Positions 8,776-16,641 of a stretch of DNA of 56,090 bases are shown here, one piece after another. The first letter of the stretch is position 1. Every line of letters starts with the position of its first letter. A program made the position numbers and the translations under genes. A model generated the notes under the pieces. It worked only from the letters and a program-made list of their open reading frames with translations. It was not told the DNA's origin and ran no database searches. Origin of the DNA: Eubacteriales bacterium (GTDB lineage: Bacteria > Bacillota > Clostridia > Oscillospirales > QAKW01); assembly GCA_045612565.1 (NCBI GenBank), contig JAZKZG010000040.1, forward strand, positions 1 through 56,090. Reading direction: 5' to 3'.

Positions 8776-9708
8776 ATTAAATTTTGTGTAGGACTTGCAA
8801 AAAATGACGATAGATTTTTGGATTGCATAATTCATAACGCTTCGCATATACACGAGGTGTATTTTTCGTGGGGCGACTTTGCGAGTGGCAGAAGTGCGCA
8901 GACACACGATAGCGAACTTTTGCCATGGGAACTTATTGAAATACAAAAAAATGCACTCCAAAAACTGTCGCAAAACAGTATAGCGTTAAATCTTTTATTT
9001 AACGCAAACTGCTATGGCAAAGACAGCCAGTCACGTGTGTTTTTTGAAAAAATCGGAAACACCGCCGACTATATAAAACAAAATTTCGGACTTGCTTCTG
9101 TCACTACTGCATCGCCACTCATAGCAAAGTTTTTTAAAAACAACTTTGAGGATATCGAGGTGCGCGCGTCGGTCAATATGGAAATCGGCACAGTTGAAGG
9201 CATCGACTATCTATCTGACTATTTTGACAGTTTTTATATAAAGCGTGAACTCAACCGCGACAAGAATAAGGTGAAAGAACTTTCTGACTTTGCAAAATCA
9301 AAGGGTAAAAGTGTGTTTATACTTGCAAATAGCGGATGCCTTAACTATTGCTCAGCGCATAATTTCCACGATAATCTCGTGGCGCACGAGGCGGAGATTG
9401 CAAAGATGGATAACTGCTATAACTTTGGCGGTATCTGTCATGAGTTTTTAAAAAAACAAGAAAATATCTTTAAAATTATCGAACGCACCAATTTTGTGCG
9501 ACCCGAGGATATTGACGGATATGACGGACTCGTTACAGCCGCAAAACTCGCCACACGCATACACAAAAATCCCACCGAGGTTTTAAGCAGTTACATAAAT
9601 AAAAAATACAGCGGAGATATTCTGCGGTTGCTTGAACCCGCTCACAGCATATACCCATATGTTGTTGAAAACGGAAATCCGCTAATCATAAAAAAGATAG
9701 GAGAATAG
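8776..9708 (+). CDS. Peptidase U32-family (UbiU/TrhP/RlhA superfamily) Fe-S protein
   Basis: LNLLFNANC, RASVN, LANSGCLNYC...C, FVRPEDI and KLATR pattern of the U32 TIM barrel. Start uncertain: ATT 8776 behind GGTGA, or GTG 8767, TTG 8764 or TTG 8728. Confidence 0.7.
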   Translation: MKFCVGLAKNDDRFLDCIIHNASHIHEVYFSWGDFASGRSAQTHDSELLPWELIEIQKNALQKLSQNSIALNLLFNANCYGKDSQSRVFFEKIGNTADYIKQNFGLASVTTASPLIAKFFKNNFEDIEVRASVNMEIGTVEGIDYLSDYFDSFYIKRELNRDKNKVKELSDFAKSKGKSVFILANSGCLNYCSAHNFHDNLVAHEAEIAKMDNCYNFGGICHEFLKKQENIFKIIERTNFVRPEDIDGYDGLVTAAKLATRIHKNPTEVLSSYINKKYSGDILRLLEPAHSIYPYVVENGNPLIIKKIGE

Positions 9709-9710
9709 GT

Positions 9711-10793
9711 ATGATCAGTTCAAAACTCATAAAAGAAGTTGCCAAAAACGCGGGTGCTGACCTTTGCGGTATTGCACCGATGTCTCGTTTTTCGGGCGCA
9801 CCCGACGATATGAATCCTCAGTTTTTGTTTCCTGAGGCAAAAAGTTGCATCGGCTTTGTATTTAGAATTCCTCGCGGTGTTCAGCGCGGTATTGAAGAGG
9901 GTACACAGTTTTATCAGTATCCGTCGATGGCATACGGCGGTATAAACGAGATTTTTGCACCTGCTGTGCTCTATCAGGTGGGCAAGGTTATTGAAGACGA
10001 GGGTTATGAGGCATTTGTGTACCGTAATACAGGCGCACGTGGAAGTGTTTCGGATATGGATGGCTCTGAAGGTAACACACTCTCGCCTGAGGAACAGATT
10101 GAAATTAACGAAAATGCAAAGACGTCAACCGCTCATCACAGAAGTGTGCAGTTTACACGTCCCACACGCGATATAAATGTTGCACCCGATTTGCAGTTTC
10201 AGTTCAGAATTGCGGCGGTTGCGTGTGGTCTTGGCGAGATTGGCTGGAGCAAAATGCTCCTTACAAAAGAATTCGGACCGCTTCAGCGTGTTGCATTTAT
10301 TTTCACTGATGCCGAGTTTGACGAGTACGATAAAATTTATGACGGTGAGCCACTTTGCCGAAAGTGCGGTGCGTGTGTGCGCGAGTGTCCCGGCGGCTGT
10401 ATTCCCGCAATGAACTCGGGCAAGACTGTCACAATTGAGATGGAAGGCAAAAAAATCGAGTGGGGCGACATTGATATGTGGCGCTGTTACGCATTCTATA
10501 CTCACGCGGGCAGATACTACAATCCCTTTGTACCCAAGGAAGTGTGGGACAAAAACGAAGACGGTGCACTCGATCTTATGGAAGGTGTGACCGATGTTGC
10601 AAACGAACAGGAAATTATGAAGGTGTATACTGCTCTTCAAAAATATTTTCCGTCGTGGGTAGGCTATAATATGGCAAAGTGCGGTGGATGTATCCGCGCC
10701 TGTGTATCTATGCTTGAGAAAAAAGGCGGTTGTATGGAAGGCAGATTCAAAGAACCCTTACGCACCAAAAAAGCGTGGAGGCTTGACCGATAA
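9711..10793 (+). CDS. QueG/reductive-dehalogenase-like cobalamin + 2x[4Fe-4S] protein, paralog 1
   Basis: GADLCGIA..., P...FPEAKSCI, AAVACGLGEIG..MLLTKEFGP.QR...IFTD, CRKCGACVRECP, WRC and CGGCIRAC motifs; AGGAG SD. Confidence 0.8.
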   Translation: MISSKLIKEVAKNAGADLCGIAPMSRFSGAPDDMNPQFLFPEAKSCIGFVFRIPRGVQRGIEEGTQFYQYPSMAYGGINEIFAPAVLYQVGKVIEDEGYEAFVYRNTGARGSVSDMDGSEGNTLSPEEQIEINENAKTSTAHHRSVQFTRPTRDINVAPDLQFQFRIAAVACGLGEIGWSKMLLTKEFGPLQRVAFIFTDAEFDEYDKIYDGEPLCRKCGACVRECPGGCIPAMNSGKTVTIEMEGKKIEWGDIDMWRCYAFYTHAGRYYNPFVPKEVWDKNEDGALDLMEGVTDVANEQEIMKVYTALQKYFPSWVGYNMAKCGGCIRACVSMLEKKGGCMEGRFKEPLRTKKAWRLDR

Positions 10794-11119
10794 TGGAGAT
10801 TTTTGACTATACAGGTGATGATTTTAAAGCAGTTATGTCGTTTGAGGGCTGGAAGATAGGGCTACTTCGCTACAGTGACAGATTTGCAGATTTTAAAGTA
10901 AAAGAACGTCACCTTGAAACTGATGAGTGCTTTGTACTTTTGGAGGGAGAAGCCACTCTTTACGAAAACGATACCCCCTATACTATGCAAAAGTGCAAGG
11001 TGTACAACATAAAAAAAGGCGTGTGGCATCACATTGTTGTAAGCCCTGATGCCACGGTGCTTGTTGTTGAAAACAGCAATACCTCCAAAGATAACACAGA
11101 AAGGATAAGTGTTTTATGA
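10793..11119 (+). CDS. Small cupin-fold protein (ureidoglycolate-lyase-like)
   Basis: ERHLETDECFVLLEG ... KGVWHH ... VLVVEN metal-binding cupin motifs; TAATG overlap with the upstream stop; GGAGG SD. Confidence 0.75.
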   Translation: MEIFDYTGDDFKAVMSFEGWKIGLLRYSDRFADFKVKERHLETDECFVLLEGEATLYENDTPYTMQKCKVYNIKKGVWHHIVVSPDATVLVVENSNTSKDNTERISVL

Positions 11120-12006
11120 ACGCACAGGATATAAAGAGAATTGCGCGTGAGCTTGGCGCCACCGTTTGTAAAATCGGCAAGGTGTATGATGAGCCAAACC
11201 CTCAGCGCGACCCGAGAATGATTTTACCTAACGCAAAATGCATAATCGGTTTTGGTTTTCTGGTGCCAAAGGGTCTTTATATGACAATGGATCAAAATAC
11301 ACAGTACTATACATACACAACTCTCGGCGTAAAATATTTTGATGAGGAGTTTGCCGAGATATTTCTGCTAAAAATCGGCGGTATGATTGAGGATGAGGGG
11401 TATGACGCTTGTTTACAAAAGGCAATCCCCAACCTTCGTATAAAGGGTGACAAAACCACCAATCCCGAGGTGGTTGATACATACGAACTGGTTCACGCAG
11501 AAGCGGTTGAGGACGGCAAACCCGCCCCCGACGTTATAATCGACTTTGGCAAGGCGGCAAAGTCTTGCGGTCTTGGTGAAATGGGTCTTTCGGGCAAGAT
11601 TATAAATAAAGAATACGGTCCGTTTATGCGCTACTGCTTTATTATTACCGATATGCCGCTTGAGTGCGATGAGGAACTTTCGGAAAATATCTGCGACAAG
11701 TGTGGTAAGTGTATTACAGCCTGTCCCGGTAAAGCAATAAGCGAAACCGGACTTGATACCTGGCAGTGCAGTGTTTATTACAAAGGTGCACACAAGTCAA
11801 ATCCGTTTATTACCGATGACTTTTTAAAGGATAATCCCGAACGTGACGATATTTTAAACGGCAAAAAGCGTTTTGATGCCGAGTCGGCAAGAGCGATTTA
11901 TAAGGAACTTGACTTTTTACCCAACACGCAGTGGGGATATTCACCTTGTCTTTGTGGCAGAAAATGCGACGTTGCGTGTTATAAACATATAAAGGGGGAA
12001 GAATGA
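11116..12006 (+). CDS. QueG/reductive-dehalogenase-like cobalamin + 2x[4Fe-4S] protein, paralog 2
   Basis: LPNAKCII, AAKSCGLGEMG...YGPFMRYCFIITD, CDKCGKCITACP, WQC and CGRKCDVAC motifs; ATGA overlap with the cupin stop. Confidence 0.8.
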   Translation: MNAQDIKRIARELGATVCKIGKVYDEPNPQRDPRMILPNAKCIIGFGFLVPKGLYMTMDQNTQYYTYTTLGVKYFDEEFAEIFLLKIGGMIEDEGYDACLQKAIPNLRIKGDKTTNPEVVDTYELVHAEAVEDGKPAPDVIIDFGKAAKSCGLGEMGLSGKIINKEYGPFMRYCFIITDMPLECDEELSENICDKCGKCITACPGKAISETGLDTWQCSVYYKGAHKSNPFITDDFLKDNPERDDILNGKKRFDAESARAIYKELDFLPNTQWGYSPCLCGRKCDVACYKHIKGEE

Positions 12007-12007
12007 A

Positions 12008-12943
12008 ATGCAAAACAAAGTAATTGAAATTGCAAAAGCAAACGGCGCAGATATCGTCGGTTTTGCCCCCATATCGCGCTTTGATAAAAATGACCCCGTT
12101 TTAAAACTTATGCCAAATGCAAAAACGGTAATCGGTCTTGCATTCCGTATTCTTCGCGGAATTTACCGCGGTATTGAAGAGGGGAGCACCTATTATCAGT
12201 ACACCACAATGGCTGTCGAAAATATGGAAGAAACCATTATGCCGATGGCACAGCTTAAAGTGTCGATGATGCTTGAAGAAAACGGCTTTATTGCACTTCC
12301 TCAGCGCCGTCATCAGCAGATTATGGCTCAAAAAGACAGCACCAACCCCGAGGTTGCGTACGACGCAATCTATCGCAACAAGGGTGCCGAAACACAAATA
12401 GATTTTCTTGACTGCGCTGTAAAGTGCGGTCTTGGTGAAAAAGGCTTCAGTGGTGCGCTTTTAACAGACGAGTTCGGTCCTATGGTGAGATTCTGCTTTA
12501 TTATCACCGATGCGGAATTTGACGCAACCGATATAAAGGCACCGCATCTTTGCGATAACTGTGGCAAGTGTAAGGCGGCGTGTCCGGGCAAGGCAATCTC
12601 AGATAACGGCACGGTTGATCCGTGGCAGTGCGCGGTATACTACAACGGTGCTAACGGCACAAAAAACCCGTTTATGCCGCCCGATGCGTTTGCAAACTTT
12701 GACAACAGGCTCGAGATTATTGCGGGTGAAGCCAAGGTAACTCCCGAAACAGCAAAGAAAATTCTTGATAATATCTATTTCTATCCGCCCGCTCAACATG
12801 CGTACCAGTGCTCAATCTGCGGAAGAGCGTGTGATATGGCGTGTTACAGTCATCTTGAAGGGAAGGGTGTGCTTACCAAAAAATTCAAGACCCCTTTCAA
12901 AAAGCGCGACGACTGGAAATTTGATTTAGATTCTTTTGAATAA
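12008..12943 (+). CDS. QueG/reductive-dehalogenase-like cobalamin + 2x[4Fe-4S] protein, paralog 3
   Basis: GADIVGFA, MPNAKTVI, RGIEEG, AVKCGLGEKG...FGPMVRFCFIITD, CDNCGKCKAACP, WQC and CGRACDMAC motifs. Confidence 0.8.
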   Translation: MQNKVIEIAKANGADIVGFAPISRFDKNDPVLKLMPNAKTVIGLAFRILRGIYRGIEEGSTYYQYTTMAVENMEETIMPMAQLKVSMMLEENGFIALPQRRHQQIMAQKDSTNPEVAYDAIYRNKGAETQIDFLDCAVKCGLGEKGFSGALLTDEFGPMVRFCFIITDAEFDATDIKAPHLCDNCGKCKAACPGKAISDNGTVDPWQCAVYYNGANGTKNPFMPPDAFANFDNRLEIIAGEAKVTPETAKKILDNIYFYPPAQHAYQCSICGRACDMACYSHLEGKGVLTKKFKTPFKKRDDWKFDLDSFE

Positions 12944-12944
12944 T

Positions 12945-12977
12945 AAAAAAGGAATGGTTTTTACCATTCCTTTTTTT
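12945..12977. terminator. Bidirectional intrinsic terminator closing the U32/QueG-like operon
   Basis: AAAAAAGGAATGGT-tttt-ACCATTCCTTTTTTT. Confidence 0.9.
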
Positions 12978-13015
12978 CAGTCTCCCCAAAAAACCGTGGC
13001 TTTTGTGGGGTATGA

Positions 13016-13708
13016 TTAAATTATCTTATGTATTTTGCCCTTGCCGATGATGTTGCCGCTTGTATCGATAATTTTGAATTTACTGCCTACAAAAAGAAGT
13101 TCTTGTGGCAAAAATTCAATCCTTATTATCTTTGCGGCGATGGGTGTTATCTGCTCTTTTGTATTTTTTAAAAACATTATCGGCACAAGTCTGTCTTTAA
13201 ATCTTTCGAGAAATACCACATTATATGTGTTTGTGTCAAACTTCAGCGAGTGTATGTCATAATTGTGTATATCTTTTGCAATTTCTTCAAGGTCAACTAA
13301 TACGTTAGGTATAGGCTCAATTAATCTGTGCGTGTCTGCATCTACCTCAACGGCATTGCACTTTGAATTTTCCAGGTAACTTATTCCAAATACAAAAGCC
13401 GGCACAATAATCAGTACGCAAAATATAAATGGTATGATCAGCACTTTAAAACGTGCTGTCAGTAACCCCAGAACAAGCAGTATTGTAAACAGAATAATTA
13501 CGATTATAACCTCAAAAATCTTGAATCCGATATTCCTGTACGGCGCACGGATGGTATATGGCTTGTTGCAATCGTGGCATATTTCCCACATTTCTTCTTT
13601 ATTGATACGGCGTAAAAAGCTTTGGTTGTATTTGTGCAAGTGTATTGTGTTTTTGGTAAACGCATCAATAGACGGCTCACCACAGTTTGGACAACGATAA
13701 CGCTTCAT
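13016..13708 (-). CDS. Hypothetical membrane protein with N-terminal CxxC...CxxC zinc ribbon and two TM helices
   Basis: CPNC ... CHDC, two hydrophobic segments, soluble C-terminus; GGAG SD. Confidence 0.65.
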   Translation of the reverse strand: MKRYRCPNCGEPSIDAFTKNTIHLHKYNQSFLRRINKEEMWEICHDCNKPYTIRAPYRNIGFKIFEVIIVIILFTILLVLGLLTARFKVLIIPFIFCVLIIVPAFVFGISYLENSKCNAVEVDADTHRLIEPIPNVLVDLEEIAKDIHNYDIHSLKFDTNTYNVVFLERFKDRLVPIMFLKNTKEQITPIAAKIIRIEFLPQELLFVGSKFKIIDTSGNIIGKGKIHKII

Positions 13709-13771
13709 AATTTTTCTCCGTTTTGGTTGATTATATCATAAATATGCATTCGTAACTGCAAAAGGTTACAT

Positions 13772-15145
13772 TCAATTAATATAATTCTTGTGGAATTTTG
13801 CAAACATAACCGAGGCTTCGGCTCGTGTGCCTGTGCCTCTTGGGTCAAATCTTGCTGCGCCTTTACCGTTTACTATATCTGCCTGTTGACAGGTATACAC
13901 TGCACTCTTTGCCCACTTGCTTATATTACCGTCGTCAACAAAACTCTCTTTATTTTCAACCTTTTTGAGAGTAATGCCCTTAAACTGCGCAAAATTAACA
14001 AGCATCAGACACATCTGTTCGCGGGTGACATTTGCATTTGGTGCAAATTCACCGTTTCCCATACCGTTTACAACATAGTTTTCACTCGCCCATTTTACTG
14101 CGGCTGAGTACCATTTTTTATCGGGTACGTCTTTAAACGATGTTGTTACGTTACGGTCGGTGGTATCAACGCCTGAAATATTTGCAAGTACCTGCACAAA
14201 CTGTGCGCGTGTGATGTTGTCGTTCGGTGAAAATGAGGTGTCGGTCGTGCCTGTGAATATACCGTGGGTATATGAATAATCAACATATTCTCTAAACCAC
14301 GAATTTTTAAAGACATCCGAAAATATTTTTGTAGTATCTGTGAGTACCTTTCTTAGTTCACCGCAAATATTACAGTTTTTGTCATATTTATCATCATACT
14401 GATGGTCGGGCATCCCTTCCGCCTCATAGACCCACAATGCGTTATCAAGTTCTCTTGCGTTTTGCAAAGCATAGTAATTTTTTTGGTCGGCTGTTGAACC
14501 GCTGTAGTAGACCGTTTCAACAAAAGAACTTTCAAATGCACCGCTTTCGATCGATTGTATATTTTGTGGCAAATAAATAACTTTGATGCCTTTACATCCG
14601 TAAAATGCCCTGTGAGCGATGTTGACCAGTGTGTCGGGTAGGTTTACTCTGGCAAGATTAATACAGTTTGAAAATGCGCGGTTAGGGATGGTGGTTATAC
14701 TGTCGGGTATTGTTATTGACGTAAGTGATACGCAAAGATTAAACACATAGTCACCAATACGCTCGACCGAATCGGGAATTTCAATCTGCTTTAGTGATGT
14801 GCAACTCGCAAATGCGCGGTTGCCTATTGATTTAACTCCGTCGGGGATAACGATTGATTTGAGTGCTTTGCAACCTGAAAAAGCAGAAACACCAAGCGCA
14901 GTAATCCGCTCATCCAGAACAACAGTTTCAATCTCTTCTTTGAACATATACCACGGTGAGCCGTCGTCTTCGCGGTCTTCCATCTGACCCTCACCGCTCA
15001 GGGTGAGCGTTTTTGTTTGGGTGTCATACACCCACGTCAGATTGTATCCGTACGTTCCGCTTGTGTCGCTGTACGCAAAAGCGACAGGAAAAACAGTGAA
15101 CATCAGCACCAGAGTGATTATAATTCCTGTAATTCGTTTTATCAT
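13772..15145 (-). CDS. Secreted BspA-type leucine-rich repeat protein with three C-terminal SLH domains
   Basis: Signal peptide (..FPVAFA), LKSIVIPDGVKSIGNRAFASC-type LRR_5 repeats, and SLH motifs (FSPNDNITRAQF, FAPNANVTREQ, FDPRGTGTRAEA). Confidence 0.9.
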   Translation of the reverse strand: MIKRITGIIITLVLMFTVFPVAFAYSDTSGTYGYNLTWVYDTQTKTLTLSGEGQMEDREDDGSPWYMFKEEIETVVLDERITALGVSAFSGCKALKSIVIPDGVKSIGNRAFASCTSLKQIEIPDSVERIGDYVFNLCVSLTSITIPDSITTIPNRAFSNCINLARVNLPDTLVNIAHRAFYGCKGIKVIYLPQNIQSIESGAFESSFVETVYYSGSTADQKNYYALQNARELDNALWVYEAEGMPDHQYDDKYDKNCNICGELRKVLTDTTKIFSDVFKNSWFREYVDYSYTHGIFTGTTDTSFSPNDNITRAQFVQVLANISGVDTTDRNVTTSFKDVPDKKWYSAAVKWASENYVVNGMGNGEFAPNANVTREQMCLMLVNFAQFKGITLKKVENKESFVDDGNISKWAKSAVYTCQQADIVNGKGAARFDPRGTGTRAEASVMFAKFHKNYIN

Positions 15146-15178
15146 AAGTGTTCCTCCTTTTGTTTATTGGTTAATTTC

Positions 15179-15239
15179 ATTATATAAAAAATAAAATTGC
15201 CTGTCAAATGTTGCAATTTTGATTTATTGGTGCTACAAT
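15179..15239. promoter_or_regulatory. Divergent sigma-A promoters for the LRR-SLH gene (-) and the MATE operon (+)
   Basis: Minus strand perfect TTGACA-17-TATAAT (15207->15179); plus strand TTGCAA(15211)-17-TACAAT with extended TG. Confidence 0.7.
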
Positions 15240-15270
15240 GAGTCAAAACGCAAGTTGCGAGGTGTTTTTT

Positions 15271-16641
15271 GTGAAAACTAAAGAGGTTAATATGCTCAAA
15301 GGCTCGATATTCAGGGGCCTTGTTTCGATGACAATTCCGATAATGGTGATGAACGTACTGCAGTCGCTTTTCAGTATTATCGATATGACGGTTCTCGGCG
15401 TTATGGTAAACGACGATGCGGTTGGCGCGGTAGGTGCATCAAGTACACTGATTTCACTCACAACGGGACTGCTTATAGGTATCGCAACAGGCTCTACCGT
15501 TGTTGTTGCAAAGCATCTCGGTCGCCACGAGGAAATTGATACGGACAAAGCGGTCGGCACCTCAATTCTTTTTGCAGCCGTGAGCGGTGTTGCGCTTATG
15601 ATATTCGGACTTATTTTTTCAAAGACCTTTCTTGTGTGGACAAACTGCCACGAAAGTTTGCTTCCCGATGCGGTGCTTTATTTCAGAATATACTTTTGCG
15701 CGGTGCCGTTTATAATGCTCTATAATTTCAGTGCATCAATACTTCGTGCTGACGGTGATACTAGCAGACCAATGGTGTATCTCACAATCGCGGGTATTTT
15801 AAAAATTGTTTTAAACATCGTTTTTATAAGCGTTTTTGATATGACGGTGGAGGGCGTGGGTATTGCCACAATCATTTCAAATGCGGTTGCTGCCGGACTT
15901 ACTTTTTCGGTGCTTATTAGCGGTAAAGACCATGTTCATTTTAAATTTAAATATTTTAGATTTTATTCTCACGAACTCAAAGAAATTCTGTTTATAGGTG
16001 TGCCGACGGGACTTCAGAGTGCGCTCTATTCACTCGCCAACACGGTTATCACCGCAACGGTAAACAGCTTTGGTGCGGCGGCAACAAAGGGTATTTCTAT
16101 TGCAAATCAGTTTGACGGCGTTTTGTATAATGTTTCGGTGTCTCCCTCGTATGCAACGTTGTCATACGTATCCCAAAACATCTCTGTCGGCAACGTAAAA
16201 CGCGCCAAAGAAAGCATTTATAAATCAATAATCATAACGACGGTTCTGGGTGCCACACTCGGCGCACTTTCGGCAATATTCTCGCCTCAGTTGTCGTCGA
16301 TTATGTCGGTCGATCCCGAAGTTATCAAATTCTCTTGTCAGAAGATGGTGATTATTTCAAGCACCTATTTTATCTGCGGTATAAAAGAAGTTTTAGATTC
16401 TACCATGCGCGGATTCGGACGTCCCATTATCCCTACCGTCTGCACACTTGTGTATATGTGCCTTTTCAGATTTGTGTGGGTATATGTAATCTTCCCGCTT
16501 TGCCCCAATATGACCTTTTTGTACCTCGTATGGCCGGTAGGTTGGATTTTGACAATTGCTACGACATTGGTATTTTACTTCCCGACAGTGAAAAAATTAA
16601 ATAAAAAATATGCTCAAAAGGAGTTACAATATGAAACATAA
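15271..16641 (+). CDS. MATE-family efflux transporter
   Basis: About 12 TM helices; MKTKEVNMLKGSI N-terminus; ILRA.GD..RP, N.VF...F.M.VEGV.IAT and SQN..VGN..R motifs. GTG 15271 follows GAGGTG. Confidence 0.9.
   Translation: MKTKEVNMLKGSIFRGLVSMTIPIMVMNVLQSLFSIIDMTVLGVMVNDDAVGAVGASSTLISLTTGLLIGIATGSTVVVAKHLGRHEEIDTDKAVGTSILFAAVSGVALMIFGLIFSKTFLVWTNCHESLLPDAVLYFRIYFCAVPFIMLYNFSASILRADGDTSRPMVYLTIAGILKIVLNIVFISVFDMTVEGVGIATIISNAVAAGLTFSVLISGKDHVHFKFKYFRFYSHELKEILFIGVPTGLQSALYSLANTVITATVNSFGAAATKGISIANQFDGVLYNVSVSPSYATLSYVSQNISVGNVKRAKESIYKSIIITTVLGATLGALSAIFSPQLSSIMSVDPEVIKFSCQKMVIISSTYFICGIKEVLDSTMRGFGRPIIPTVCTLVYMCLFRFVWVYVIFPLCPNMTFLYLVWPVGWILTIATTLVFYFPTVKKLNKKYAQKELQYET

Noticed and set aside
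8776-9708. Collagenase/protease function for the U32 protein
   Set aside because: The 'peptidase' label is historical; characterised members are Fe-S hydroxylation factors, and the context here is redox.
9711-12943. Calling the three Fe-S proteins queG or rdhA
   Set aside because: They lack the QueG DYH/VDT motifs and the RdhA Tat leader and RdhB partner, and no que genes are nearby. Only the shared fold is supported.
14560-14930. Repeated sequence units in the LRR gene as a DNA repeat array or diversity-generating target
   Set aside because: They are ordinary degenerate 23-aa LRR_5 protein repeats; no near-identical template/variable pair or reverse transcriptase is present.
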